Source of the DNA: Octopus vulgaris
Taxonomy: Eukaryota
DNA length: 64,000 nt
NCBI GenBank assembly: GCA_951406725.2
Contig: OX597826.1
Location: 38,750,001-38,814,000 of the forward strand
Direction of reading: 5' to 3'
Of the stretch, positions 12,171 to 24,930 are shown piece after piece. Position 1 is the first letter of the stretch; each line of letters begins with the position of its first letter. The notes below the pieces were generated by a model that saw only the letters and a program-made list of their open reading frames with translations, was not told the DNA's origin and did no database searches. The position numbers and the translations under genes are program-made.

Positions 12171-13133
12171 CTATAAGCCTTAGAATATATATATCCAAGC
12201 GATCCCTGCTATTTCTGGTACACAAAACGACCGTGTAGATACTCTAATTTTGATTTTGCTTCAAAGAGAGATTAAAAGTGCAATAGAATAATGAAAGGAA
12301 TATTTACTGAATGAGTACTATTACATAACATATCAGAAAAATTACACAAATTGGGAAACAAATGAGTAAATATAATTTACAGTAAACTGCCTATAGGTCA
12401 GTTATTCTGCTTGTGATACAGATGAAAAAATCATATTGCAAGGTGTTTCGTTCAATACCCTGCCGCTTGTTTACCTAATAATAAATTTAAAAACGAAAAT
12501 TATTGCCCAAAACAAAAATTAATTCTAAACCAAGGGAAATAACTCCCAATAAACTAAGCACAATTAAGAGATTATCTTAGCAAATTTTCTAGAAAAATAA
12601 ATTAATTGAAACTATTTTCTGCGTAAAGAATTTAATTTTTCGTAGAGCCCTAAATTTTTATTTCGCAACTTCCCATTACCTACTTCTTTGATATACGTAT
12701 AGGGAACCTATATGAAACTGTTAAAATAGCTAAATGACAAAGACAGTGTATGACATCAAATAACTCTAGTGATTATTCGTAACGGTGTGTGCAACTAGCA
12801 TAAATTTTTTAAGTGGAGCTGGTTATACTACAGTCAGGAATTGAAGCTGACAGAAGTTTATTTCACGTTTACAGATAATGTACTGGAGATAACATACTGA
12901 TTAGATTTTTTAACATAGCAAGTTGCTACACAACATACTGTATAATACTAAGATAGACAGTCTATTATTTTATCAAATGATATCTTACAGATAACTTGCA
13001 GAGGCACCTGGCGTTGCCCGGGAATGAAATTGTTTCTTATATGTTGGAAGAAAAAAGCAAAATATGTTGAATAGAAATTTGTTGTTCTAAATTCAATTTA
13101 TTGGGATGCAATTTATTTTTTAATTGTGAAATC

Positions 13134-13645
13134 GGATCTTTTCGGTTTGAACGGCAGTTTGTAACATAATTTCTAGGTAACTAAAAAATTTTAAGCTTCG
13201 TTTACTGGTAGAATGTGTTTATAAAACATCATTTTCTCTTGGCTTTATTGAGAAAATTCTATAGTTTGTAACATATTTCGTCTAAAATTTCTTGCATTTC
13301 GGCAATTTTAACCAATCGCTGACCGTCCATTGAGGTGAAAGCATTCTGTGCGTCATCAATATGTCCCTCGTTTAAGAAACAGATTGGGTTTATTTACATT
13401 TGGGAAGAAAAAAAGATACCCTTCCACCACCCCTAACCCTAACTCTAACCCTAAATCTAAAATAGATTGAAATGCAATAGATCGATACTAGGGTTATAAT
13501 TATGGGTGACAATTTCATATGACGCCGCTAGGGAAAATGGGAGTTTTTCCTAGCGGTGTCAAATGAAAATGTCACCCATAATTATGATCCTAGTATCGAA
13601 CTATTGCATTTCAATCTATTTTAGATTTAGGGTTAGTTAGGGTCA
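13134..13645. mobile_element. Second, inverted copy of the 11527 MITE, with a terminal inverted duplication
   Basis: Starts ggatcttttcggtttgaacggcag; the body is the reverse complement of 11550-11940; 13543-13645 inverts 13435-13537. Confidence 0.75.
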
Positions 13646-14459
13646 AATTGCCAATGGTCCCAGTCCTTTATTATCTCCTTGATGAGGCTCAGCTTCTTCA
13701 GATCATGTTTCACCACTTTACTTTGTCTCATGCCTTTCCAAGTCTTCCTCTTTCACAGGTTCCCTCCACATTTAGAAATCAAATCTTTCAATTAGGCAAA
13801 ATCTATCTGACAGGCTTCCATACAGTTTCCATCCATTCAATTTCACACACAAGTTTTAGCTTGACCAAAACCATGTTAGATAACAAGATACAAAGCAAAC
13901 TTTTTAGCTATTCAGATATGCCATATACATGACAAAATGTACACACACATACATATATGCACACATGTACACATACTCACACACACAAACACACACACAC
14001 AATTACACACATATAATGTTGGAATTACCTTTATGTGTTGTTCATGTTGACTCCTGTACTTATTTTTCAGTCTGACACTAATTATTACCCTAATAAATAC
14101 TGACAATTAGTTTTTCAAATTGTGTCTACTTGAAGACAAACATAGAAACAAATGCACAAACACAAACATACATCTTCTTGGAGCAACTGAAAATTGTCAG
14201 TTCGTTTTAAAAGCAAGTGATTGAAATTATGGAGAATTCATATGATCGTATTTATTCTAGATATTACTAAACCTGGACAAGGCTGGATTACTGATACTAT
14301 TATCCTACAGGTTTCATTCTAACAGGCATGTGCCATTTATAAATACTCAAGGTAAGTAGAAAGCATTAAAAAATAAACTGTCAACAAAAGCACTTATCAC
14401 TTTGAGACGATACGTAAGAAAAATACATATTGTGTGTGTGTGTGTGTACTTGAGATGAC

Positions 14460-14645
14460 CCACATCCGTGGAATAAGCTGCTGGATGAGATAGTGAAGAT
14501 GCCGACGACCACTCGGTTCAAAGTCTCCCTTGACCACAAGTGGCCTGAACTCTTTACATGAACACCACCCTGTACATAACTCCATGTCCCCCTACATGGC
14601 CTTGCTTTTTGCTTTTTGAGCCAAAAAATTAACTAACTAACTAAC
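14460..14645 (+). mobile_element. CR1-type LINE 3' end with (AACT)n tail
   Basis: Encodes PWNKLLDEIVKMPTTTRFKVSLDHKWPELFT* (CR1 WN.LP..FK..LD motif). Confidence 0.7.
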
Positions 14646-15449
14646 AACAGAACTGAGGTGCCACATAAAAAGCACTGGTGCTGGTGTCACTTAAAAGCAC
14701 TTGTGATGATGCTACATAAAAAGCACCTATTATACTCTGTGGAGTGGTTGGCATTAGGGAGGAATCCAGCTGCAGAACCCAAGTTAAAACGGATTATGGA
14801 CCCTAGTGTGGCCCTTAACCTTACCAGTTCTTGTCAAACTATCCAACCCATACCTGCATGGAAAACAGATGATAAATGACACTGCTGCTGCTGATTGATG
14901 TCCTGTTTCTACCCCTTCCTGTACTGTATTTTTTAAAATTGTATTTAGCATTTGTTTTTAATTGTATTGTTTTTACGTCCTGTTTTTGTCACATTTTTTT
15001 TTCCTTGTTTTTACCCCTCTGCAAAGGAATTTTATTTAATTCTTTTGCAGGAAGGACTGGTTCGACGAGACGTGTTCTGTCCTCACCTTCGAAACAGGCT
15101 GAAGTTGAACTAGGGACAGCTGATGAAGGGGATTTTTCCTTGTGTAGTTGTCTTGTACTCTGTTTTTTCGTTGTTAAAAAAATGGTCCGTTCCATGCCGT
15201 TTTTACTTTTTCGTTTCTCGTTGAGTTCTACGTCTATTTGTGGTGTCCTGTACACACGTATATATATTTATATATGCATGTATATATACATATAGATGTA
15301 GGTACGTACATATATGTTTGTATGTATGCATATACTTTATTTATTACACTATATATATATATATGAAAGCATTATTGCTGTTAAAAACAGTTATAATGAG
15401 GTGGTTAGCAAGACTTCTACCTTAATAGGTATAATATTAAATATTTGAA

Positions 15450-15830
15450 TAAAAGAAGGGTAGAAATACTGCTTGCCAAAGATGAAAGCAAAAGCTTCAA
15501 AAACCACCAATTCTAAGATAAATAGGCACATGAGCAATGCAATGAATGCTTTAAAAAATAGATCTACCTTCAGGATAGAATTTCAAGATAGCCTACATAC
15601 CCTAATATCAATTGATTTCATGGTGTGCATGAGAAAACAGTTCAAGATAGCTTACATACCCTAATATAAATTGATTTCATGGTGTGCATGAGAAAACATG
15701 TTTTCTCATGCACACCATGAAATCAATTGATATTAGGGTATGTAAGCTATCTTGAAATTCTATCCTGAAGGTAGGTCTATTTTTTAAAGCGTTCATTGCA
15801 TTGGCAAGCGGTATTTCTACCCTTCTGTTA
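15450..15830. repeat. Spacer-less palindrome with internal ~59-bp tandem duplication
   Basis: Centre gagaaaaca|tgttttctc at 15698/15699; the arms match over more than 100 bp. Confidence 0.85.
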
Positions 15831-17954
15831 TATATATATGTATAGTGTGAGTGTGTGTGTGTAGGTGCAAGCAAGGCCAAGGTGGTATCTATAGTGTGGA
15901 AATGAAATAACACAAAAGACCATATCTGATCGTTTGCAAGACATCACTTGAAGTTTTGTGTGTCATTGCATACAAAGTCTATGGTGGGAAAACTGTGCTA
16001 TGTGGTTAAATCTTGCAGCACACACGTTCTAGTGTTAGAAATATGTTAAAGATAAATATACACATCATTATTTTGATCTTTGCTGCTTTGTGTACTTATA
16101 GTGAATGTGTGTGTGTGCATGTGCATGTGTGTGTGCATGTGTGTGTGTGTGCGTGTGCAATCACACGTGCATGTATGTAGATAGATAACACATGCATTAT
16201 GACTGTTCCATAATCTTTTTAAATATGTGAATATATACTGTATAAATAAGTATATGCATGCTCACAGACACATACCATTGAACCCACTACACACAAGCAC
16301 AGAAGGTAACATAAAACCCTGACTGGGAAATGCTTCAACTTCAACTTTCATAAACACACAAACACACAACACTCACTAACACGCATACACACACACGCAT
16401 GCACACGCACACATACACACAAGGTCACTCAAGGAACAGTTTGCTAGAATGCGAAGCTTGAAGATGATGCTGATGTTTAAATAAACTTGATCGGTATCTT
16501 ATGTAAATAGCACAAATATCCATGAATACAGCAAAGAAGACTGGACTTCTTGTTGATGTGTTAATGGGCAATAAACAACTGACTTTCAACATACTAACAG
16601 AGTCTGTAATTGTCTGTTGGTAGCAATAAAGGAATGGTTCTCAGTTCTGCACACCCATCAAAAGAAAATGGTGCAATTAATACGGTTCTGGGCTCTCAAG
16701 TTTATGTGCTGATGATTAAATCCAATGTCGATACGTATTCTATGTATTCTGGTTTGCTTGAAGGCAACAGCAAATTAATGGAAATATTATAGTGTTGCAC
16801 AGAATGCATCACGGTATTTGTTCTGGTTCTCTGTAGTCTGAGTTCAAGTCCAACAAAGTCCAGTGTGGTGTTCAAAGTAATGGAATAAAAAAAAATTCTT
16901 TACAAGTAAAAAAAGATAAAGCTTGGCCACAAGAAAAGCATCTGACCATAAAAATTCTGCCTACTTAACCTATGCCAGCAAAAAAAAACAAAACAAACAC
17001 TGCTTAAAATGAAAAGACAATGAAATGAAATACAATATTGAATGCACACACACACACAAACACACACACACACACACACACTCGTACAAACATATTATAC
17101 AAAATATGAATTATGTATGCCTATAAAAACTTTTTTAAGTAAATGCTTTTAAACACACCGCATCACTCATTTAAAATATCTTCAAGTACAATATACATAT
17201 TTTCAAATAAATTATATTGTATATACTTTTTAAACAAATATTTACTTTTTATTTATACAGTGTTCAACAAGTATTTGCCTATTTTTGAGGGTGTTAAGCT
17301 GAGAGAATAATTTATATTTTAACATTTTTCTTATGATTATTAATATTAAAGCATTTTTCAAGGAATTGTGAAGCATACTAATATTTGATTGTAACAATAC
17401 ATAAATATATAAATAAAATTATGATAAAAATAAAAAGAAGCAAAATATATATAGTTTTAAGCTATTCCTTGGTGCTTTATATTAGTTATAGTAAATGAAA
17501 TATACATGAGAAATGTATTCTGGGTATCTGTGGAGACAAGACAAATCAAGAACTGGATTTAAACAATGAATCATATTCTAATTAGATTCTATCAAAATTA
17601 CCTTTCCAGCCCTCATGTTACTTGTTCTGTTCCCGAAGTACAAAATTTACCTATCATATGTGTTCACATTAAAATTAAAACATTCCGTAATGAAATTGTT
17701 AGAGAACTTTTTGTTATGTTCCAAACACCAGATTTAATAACGACAAAGATATTTTACTAAACCTTAACATATTCTTAATTATTTTCAAACTTTATCTAAA
17801 CACAACCAGTGTATCACCTTAGAAATAGGGTTCAGGTAGGGTTAATGAAAAAAAAGTAAAGTAAAATGTAGCATTTCTGGATCAGAATTAAAGAATAAAC
17901 AATCAGAAATACTGTCACTATTATTTTTATGAGATATATAGTCTCACCACCACC

Positions 17955-18095
17955 ACTCTATCAAGTTGATCACAGAGCAGCATGAGATGAAGTGTTTTGC
18001 TCAAGAACACAACACACTGTCCAGTCTAGGAATCAAACCCATGATCTTTCAATCAGGAGTGCAACACCATGACCACTAGGCCACACACCTTCACC
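17955..18095 (-). mobile_element. tRNA-derived SINE fragment (family D)
   Basis: Minus strand tggcctagtgg...gggtttgattcc...gtgttcttgagcaa, as in 35322-35633. Confidence 0.6.
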
Positions 18096-18240
18096 TTCTG
18101 ATGTAAAACACTGTATAGGTTACAATGAATTATAAAAAGAAATGTAATTATTTTTGCAAGATTCCTGATTGCTGAAACAGATATTCCTTGTATTGAAACA
18201 GACATTGTTATATTTTGGGATGGTCATTTTTTTTTTTTCA

Positions 18241-18619
18241 TCAAGTGAAATCGAAATCGATCGAAAATCAATGGAAATTGCAGTTGTGATACCAGTTTCA
18301 GTGGCATGTAAAAGAACCATCCAAACGTGGCCCTTTCCTTCTTGTGACACAAAACTCTGCTTGCGAAGACCTGTTGAGGCAAGTGAAATTGAAATTGATA
18401 AAAAATCAATGGAAATTGCAGTTGTGATAACAGTGCCAGTGGTACGTAAAAGCACCCACTACACTCACGGAGTGGTTGGCATTAGGAAGGGCATCCAGCC
18501 GTAGAAACACTGCCAGATCAGACTGGGCCTGGTGCAGCCTTCTGGCTTCTCAGACCCCAGTTGAACCGTCCAACCCATGCTAGCATGGAAAGAGGACGTT
18601 AAACGATGATGATGATGAT
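18241..18619 (+). mobile_element. RTE-tail-related retroposed segment with (GAT)n end, inserted into a Penelope-type terminal repeat
   Basis: aaagcacccactacactc...gcatggaaagaggacgttaaacgatgatgat; internal ~55-bp duplication at 18242 and 18380. Confidence 0.7.
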
Positions 18620-18937
18620 CTTTTGCCAAATAAACACATACTCTTTATATATGTTCTTCACATCAGTTTTTTTATTAATCTTATTTTAGTGTTCTTTGTC
18701 TGAAATCTTTCGTCACATAACCTGTGGCTTCTTCAGTGACTCTCCATTCCATGTGTCTCCTCCTGACATGTGGGATGGAGAGTAACTGAAGAAGTCACAA
18801 GATGTGTGACGAAAGATTTCAAACAAAGGACACTAAAATAAGATTAATAAAAAAGTTAAAGTGAAGAATGAACATAAAGTGCATGTGTTTATTTGGCAAA
18901 AAAGAAAAAATGTGACCATCCTGAAATATAACAATAT
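18620..18937. repeat. Inverted pair of Penelope-type terminal repeats, each carrying a hammerhead motif
   Basis: ~135-bp arms around a short loop near 18760; motif on minus at 18702-18736 and on plus at 18786-18820. Confidence 0.8.
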
Positions 18938-19186
18938 AAATAAAAATAAACATTTCCATTAATTAGTTAATTAAGTTGGTGTTTGGGACTTAACCTATTA
19001 GAAAGTTCTTACATAAAATTAAGATGAAAGGTTTTAATTTAAATGCATACATTTTAAAACAGGAGTTTTAACAAGTCAGAGATGTTTCCATTTCTCAGGT
19101 TGATATAAAAAGGGCTAAAGAATAAAATATAAAGAAAACAAGAAATGATTTTAAAACAAACAAAATAGCTAAGATGAATGTCTTAC

Positions 19187-20581
19187 TTTATCAAGAGTTC
19201 CATTGGTAATAATTCCATGGTGCTTATATTTGAATTCTCTGCGAAATGATGGTGGCGCTGTTTGGTAATTACCAAGGTGAATAGTAGATTTTGGTAGTTT
19301 GTAGACAGAAAACAAAGGGATTTCTTTTTCATTGTCAGTTCCATTAGGTGTTTTGTTGAGCACCTGAAGAAAATGTTGGCCAGGAATATAATTAACAGTA
19401 TCTGCTGATGATGACCGCTTCTTCCGATACTGCTCAGCACAATATCTTTTATGCATCCAATCTAAAATGCTTTTTTCAATATTAAGTCGTTTGGTGCCAC
19501 TCCAGGTAGCATTCCTGGGAAGTTGTGAATCAATTGACAAGTTTCTTGAGTGAGCACTTGGAGGGGTTATTTTTATGCAACATGCAATATCATCAAAATT
19601 GTTTACAGTTGCATTTTTACGAGGGGGTTTCTTTGACTCAACTGCATTGTTAATTTCTTTTTCATCTATCATAGATTTTTTGAGATCAAACTTATTCCCA
19701 ATAATTTCATTGCAAACTTCTGTAGGTTTATCAGAATCTCCACCTTTTTCGCACTCTGCTGCTGAAAGTTTTAATGTGGGACATTCTTGCTCTTGAGGTA
19801 AATCTATCACAGGTAAATTCTCTTGGCTTGCTATTGCTGGTTTGTTACTAATGATTAAAGAGTTATCATCAAAATTATTCTGATTTTTGTTGATGCTATT
19901 TTTCTTATTATTGCTTTTGTTATTACTCATGGCAAATGATTGCAAAGCTCTTGCCACCAACTTTCTTTGAAAATCCTGTTTATTTTGTTTCCCTTTTTTC
20001 TGATCTTTGTTATCACTCTTGGTACACTTTAATGAATTCTTCCGTTTTACCACAGCATTGGTATGTGTGTTGACCATTACTTGTAACTCCGGGCTGGGGA
20101 TCTGCCACATATTTGAATTTTCCTCTTTAATATGATTATCTGTATGCGTTGAAGTAGTTAGCATTTTCAAGTTAGAATTTTGTGTTGGGTCAACAAGATT
20201 GTCTGTGTTTGCAAGTAAATTGGTTTTGTTATTGTTGCTATGCAGCTCTGTCCAAAGCCAGTCACCTGGAATACTCATCAGAGATAGCCTGTTGGTTTGA
20301 GTGGACTTTTCTGTGGTACTGCGACTTTCAGACCAGTAATCTTCTATATTTTGAAAAGACTCTTGACAGCTGCTTTTCTTGCTGTTGTTATTACTGCTGT
20401 CACTGTTAAAAGTGATGCTGGTTTTATTTTTTATCCTATTACTATCAGCAGCTTTATCCATAATTATTTGACTAATAATCTTTGGAGTATCTTGCTGTAA
20501 TCTGTTCAAATTTGGGTCGGATGAAGGAGAATCAGCCAAACTTGAACTCATAACCTTCTGCTGCTGCACCTGCACAGACAT
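19187..20581 (-). CDS. First coding exon (465 codons) of an unidentified host gene; low-complexity S/N/K/Q-rich N-terminus
   Basis: Only long non-TE ORF (470 aa). ATG context gcaaaaATG; acceptor ttttgttttatacag at 20769-20790; phase-0 donor AAA|GTAAGA at 19186, 5 codons before the stop. Confidence 0.75.
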
Positions 20582-20844
20582 TTTTGCTGAAGAAGCAGAA
20601 GAAAGAGTAAGAGGTGGAGTAGGTGTTATGGTCTTTTCGTTAACAAATCTGGGAGAGATAATTGTTGGTGGATGTCAGCCATAGTATTGGAGTAGGTTTC
20701 ACCCTATTCTGCCACTTCACAGCAAATAAGTCTTCAGAAATTTTGTAGAAATTCATAAATGTGACACCCTGTATAAAACAAAAAAAAAACAATTTAATAA
20801 ACACTCCAAGTAAATAAAGGAACAAAAATATTGAAATCTGTATA

Positions 20845-21412
20845 TCTATAAAAGGCTGGATGCGTGTGTGTGTGTGTGTGTGAATGTAATTTATGCACGG
20901 CAACAAATTAGCACACATGTTGCTCCAATTTTAGGAGGACGTTCATCACGATCCTAGCTGGGTTTTGTCAACTTATTTTTCCTGAGGCACCCGCGGATAG
21001 CAGTAAAAATCGATTTTCAACCATAACTTTTACCAAATTTGAAGTTTGCTAACATGAGTTAAGTCCCCTTCTTGCCAGTGAATGTGTGTGTGTGTGTGTG
21101 AGGGAGAGAGAGAAGTTGTGTGTTGATGTGTGTGTGTGAGGGAAAGAGAGAGAGAGAGAGAGTTTGACAGTGTCTAACAAAAAAATGCAAAGAGAAAGTG
21201 TGTGAGATACAGAGAGTAAGTGACAGCGTTCATCAAAAATAAAAATGTAAAATGTTTTTTTTCTTAAACACGAGATATAGTCTTCAAATTTAGGATGTTT
21301 TTGAAAGACACTATATTTTATAATCAGATTATATATACTTTCTCACGCAACAATTAAAATATCACGGATTCTATTTTGAAAATTACCCAGCAATGACAGG
21401 CTACTCAGCTAA
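20845..21412 (+). mobile_element. Degenerate non-autonomous Helitron-like element
   Basis: 5' tctataaaaggctg + (TG)n; 3' acccagcaatgacagg..cagctaa resembles the hairpin+CTAG end at 47740-47769. Confidence 0.45.
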
Positions 21413-21459
21413 TATACATATACACCAACAAAAGCATACCTACATTACTATAATAGCAT

Positions 21460-22450
21460 ATGAAAGTAGGCTGAAAAGTTCATAGGCTGACTATGAAGGA
21501 ATGATGCTAAATCTGTGAAATCTTGTATGCATTAATTTCAACTCCTCTTATTAATAATTACATTGTTTCTTTCCAGGTAAACCAACATCTGATTGTTCAA
21601 AGAAAATTTCAAAATAACCAGTAGTGACTTCTCTTGAAAATGGGACAAAATTTGGCATCATGGTGTTACCAAGTACCAGTAGAAAAAGGGTTTAGCCCCC
21701 AAGGACATTCATGCTGACATGGTTACTACATTATGGGATGACACTCTAGCTTTATCAACAGTGCAAAAGTGGAGCACTGAATCTAAGAGGGGAAGAAAGA
21801 GTCCTGAAGATGACCCAAGGCTGGACATACTGCAACTGCCACCACTGAGGAAAACAATGTTCATGTTCAACATATGGTGATGGATGACAAGTGATTGACT
21901 ATAAATCAAATAACCAATGCTGTTAGTATATCTTATGAGTGTTGGGAATATTCTGCACAATGAACTTGGCATGATGAAGGTTTCTGCTTCAGTGGGTGTC
22001 ACATCTTCTGATCAAAAGTGCATCAAGTTGAACACTCCATGAAAAAATTTGACATTGTGTGAGGCAGATCCAAATGATTTCCTTGAATATTTCCTAACCC
22101 AGAGTGTTGGCTTCATCACTTTGCACCAGAGACAAAGAGACAATCCATGAGGTGGAGTCACCCCTTCCCAATGTTCCAAAGAAGGCCAAGGTTATTTCAT
22201 CTGAAGGGAAGGAAATGGTCTCAATTTTTTTTTGTGTGTGTGTTCAAAGGGCATTGTGTTTATTGACTATCTTCAAAAGGGCAACACTATCAATGGAGAG
22301 TACTATGCCAACTTGTTGAGGCAGTAATGAAAGGTCATCAAGACCAAAGGCCCAGGAAAACTGTTGAAAGGAGTCTTGTTTCATCAGGTGGCTGCTCCAG
22401 CACATAAGTCCTTGTTTTCAATGGCTTTCAATGGTTTTGTGGTTGTGCAT
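21460..22450 (+). mobile_element. mariner transposase remnant, heavily decayed
   Basis: STVQKW...KRGRKSPEDDPR, PKKAKVISSEGKEMVSIF and gggcaacactatcaatggagagtactatgcc (G.TIN.EYY). Confidence 0.7.
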
Positions 22451-22604
22451 GGGACAATAGTTTCCAGTTAATGCTAAATGGAGTATCTATATATGTGTCT
22501 ATATATGTTTAGATAGTGAAACATCATCTTTCCTCTTTGGATTGCATGAAGTATGTGTGCTGATTGTATTGTGTTTTGAACTTGTTTGCTGCTGACCTTA
22601 TATA

Positions 22605-23496
22605 CAGGAGGGTACCCAAAAGTAACCGGGAATGTTCTCTGTAGGACAAGCCTGTTGTAGTTCAGGCTTCCACTGCTAGAAGCCAGTTGATGTGACCCTC
22701 AGGCATCAGTCTACCAACAGACAGTGGTGAGTGATGTTGTACTGCCACATGATGTGTTTTTGTTTTGCAGTGATTCTCCCCTGCTCATCAATTTTTCTGA
22801 TGCCTGAAATGAAGGAACAGCTTCTGTGAAATTCTGTTTTCTGCCAGACAAAATAATGGCCGAAACAGTTGTCATGCTTCAAACAGCTTACAGGGATGCT
22901 GTCATGAGCAAAACGCAAGTTTATGAGTGGTTTCCATGCTTTAGAAATGGTCACTTGTCGTTTGAAGACCAACATTGTTCAGGACGACCATCAACCTCCC
23001 GAACAAATGAAAACATGAAAATTCATGAAATGATTTTGGTGGACTGTCACTGAACAACTGATGATCTTGTTGATATGATTGGTGTGTTCTGGAGCTTCTT
23101 CCAACAAATTTTGAGTGAGAAATTGCAAATGGAAAGAGTTGCAGCAAAATTTGTGCCTTGCTTGTTGGTGGAAGATCAAGAGCCATCACTACTGAATGCA
23201 TGTCATGAACTGAAAGAACTGTTGGAAGTTGATCTGGACCTTTTTTCAAAGATCATTACAGTGATGAAAGCTGGTGCTATGGAATTTGCAGACATGGAAG
23301 AGGTGAAGAAAAAAAAATGACAGAGGTGTTCAAAGGCATCACTTCACAAGAGTTCCAACACTGCTTTTGAATAGTGGAAAATGTGATTGGACTGAGGCAT
23401 TGCTTCAAATGGAGAATACTTTGAAGGCGATAAAAGTGTAAAACTAAGCGAATAAAATATATTGCAAAATTTCGGTTTCTTTTGGGTACCCCCTTG
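22605..23496 (+). mobile_element. Non-autonomous mariner deletion derivative with both TIRs and TA TSD
   Basis: TA-caggagggtacccaaaagtaaccg ... cggtttcttttgggtacccccttg-TA; MSKTQVYEWF..F..G..SGRPSTS and AAKFVP; catalytic core is missing. Confidence 0.85.
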
Positions 23497-23539
23497 TATA
23501 TATATGCAGTTGGTGTTGTAGTGTTAGTGGTTGCAGGTA

Positions 23540-24930
23540 CACTATAGAAAATTTAAAAAAAGATGTGAAAAGGTTATTCCATGATGGTTTTTCAGACAAG
23601 TTGGGTTGATGCAATAAATTTAAAGCCACATTTCAGGTAAAAGAAAATTCATTACCAGTTTTCACACCCAGACATAATGTACCATTTGCAGGAATTCGTG
23701 AATAAGGAATTAGACAGACTGGAAAAAATGGGAGAGATTGAAAAGATTGACTATTCACACTGGGCGTCTCCAACAGTTTATGTTAAAAAGAACAATAAAA
23801 TTTGTGCATGTGCAGATTTCTTGACAGGACTAAACGGATGTTTAAAACAGTATAACTACTAATTACCTAGCCCAGAGAACATTTCTAAACTAAATGGTGA
23901 TAAACTGTTCTCAAAATTAGATTTTTCTGATGTGCACTTACAAATACAAGTGAAAGACGAGTGTACCCAACTTCTAACAATTAATACCCATAAAGGTCTG
24001 TACAAATTTAACCAGTTTTCACTTAGCATAAAAGTTGCTCCAGCTATATTCCAACAAATGATGGATATGATGCTTGCAGAGTGTGACTTCACGATGGCTT
24101 ACATGGATGATATATTAATTAAAAGTGAATCCCACAATCAGCATGTCAAGCATGTGAAATGTGTTTTTCAAAAAAAAAAAAAATAAGAGATTATGGTTAC
24201 ATACTGAGTGAGGAGAAATGTGAATTTTCCTTACCTAAAATTAAATATTTAGGACAAATCATTGATAAAAATGGTTGTTGACCAGATCCATTGAGGGCAG
24301 ATGCAATTAAAAATATGTCCCCCTCCGACAAATATATCTACCTTACAAGCCTATTTTTAAAAAATTTAATAAACCAAATGTGCACAAGGTAAGTGCTCCA
24401 CGAGATAATCTATCAAAAAAAGATAATCTATCAATAAAAGGTATATAAACTTTAAAAAAAAAGATTTTCTGAAGAAATGGTCATGAGAGATGAAATTCCC
24501 TTGGAAGTTTTTTATGACATGTTTGAGGTATCAACACCGAAACAAATTGAAACTACACATTCAAGTACCAGAAAAAGGAAAAGAATTGAAATACTGGAAT
24601 TAGACCCTAAGTGTAAGAGAGATTAAAATCTGGGCAGGGTTTAATTCACAAAAAGGGGAGAAGTTATGGGAGGTTAATTCTCAAAAAGATGTTGTGGAAA
24701 GATCCTGACCACCCCCATGTAACTGAAAGTGGACTAATGCATTTCAATAAAAGAAACTATGCAAAGTGTTGGTAGTTGACAGAGGAGTTGATAGTAGTAG
24801 CTGACAGCATGGTAGTTGAGAGTGTAGTTGACTGTGTTGATCATGCATATTGGTTGCTGTGTTACTTTAATATTGCAACTACATTTGGAGTAGTATGGAG
24901 TGCATTCTGTGTGAACATATTAATTCTGCG
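23540..24930 (+). mobile_element. Ty3/gypsy remnant (RT, deletion, purine tract and LTR-like end)
   Basis: YSHWASPTVYVKK, TINTHKGLYKF, APAIFQQMMD..AYMDDILI; purine tract aaaaaggggagaag near 24650; LTR-like tgttgtgg at ~24690. Confidence 0.8.

Noticed and set aside
14397-14585. Recurrent MELCTGWCSCKEFRP 'gene family' (also 45496 and 50417)
   Set aside because: Antisense translation of CR1 3' ends.
20640-20918. 92-aa ORF as an extension of the main CDS
   Set aside because: Different frame, starts in intronic microsatellite; only its uORF part lies in the exon.
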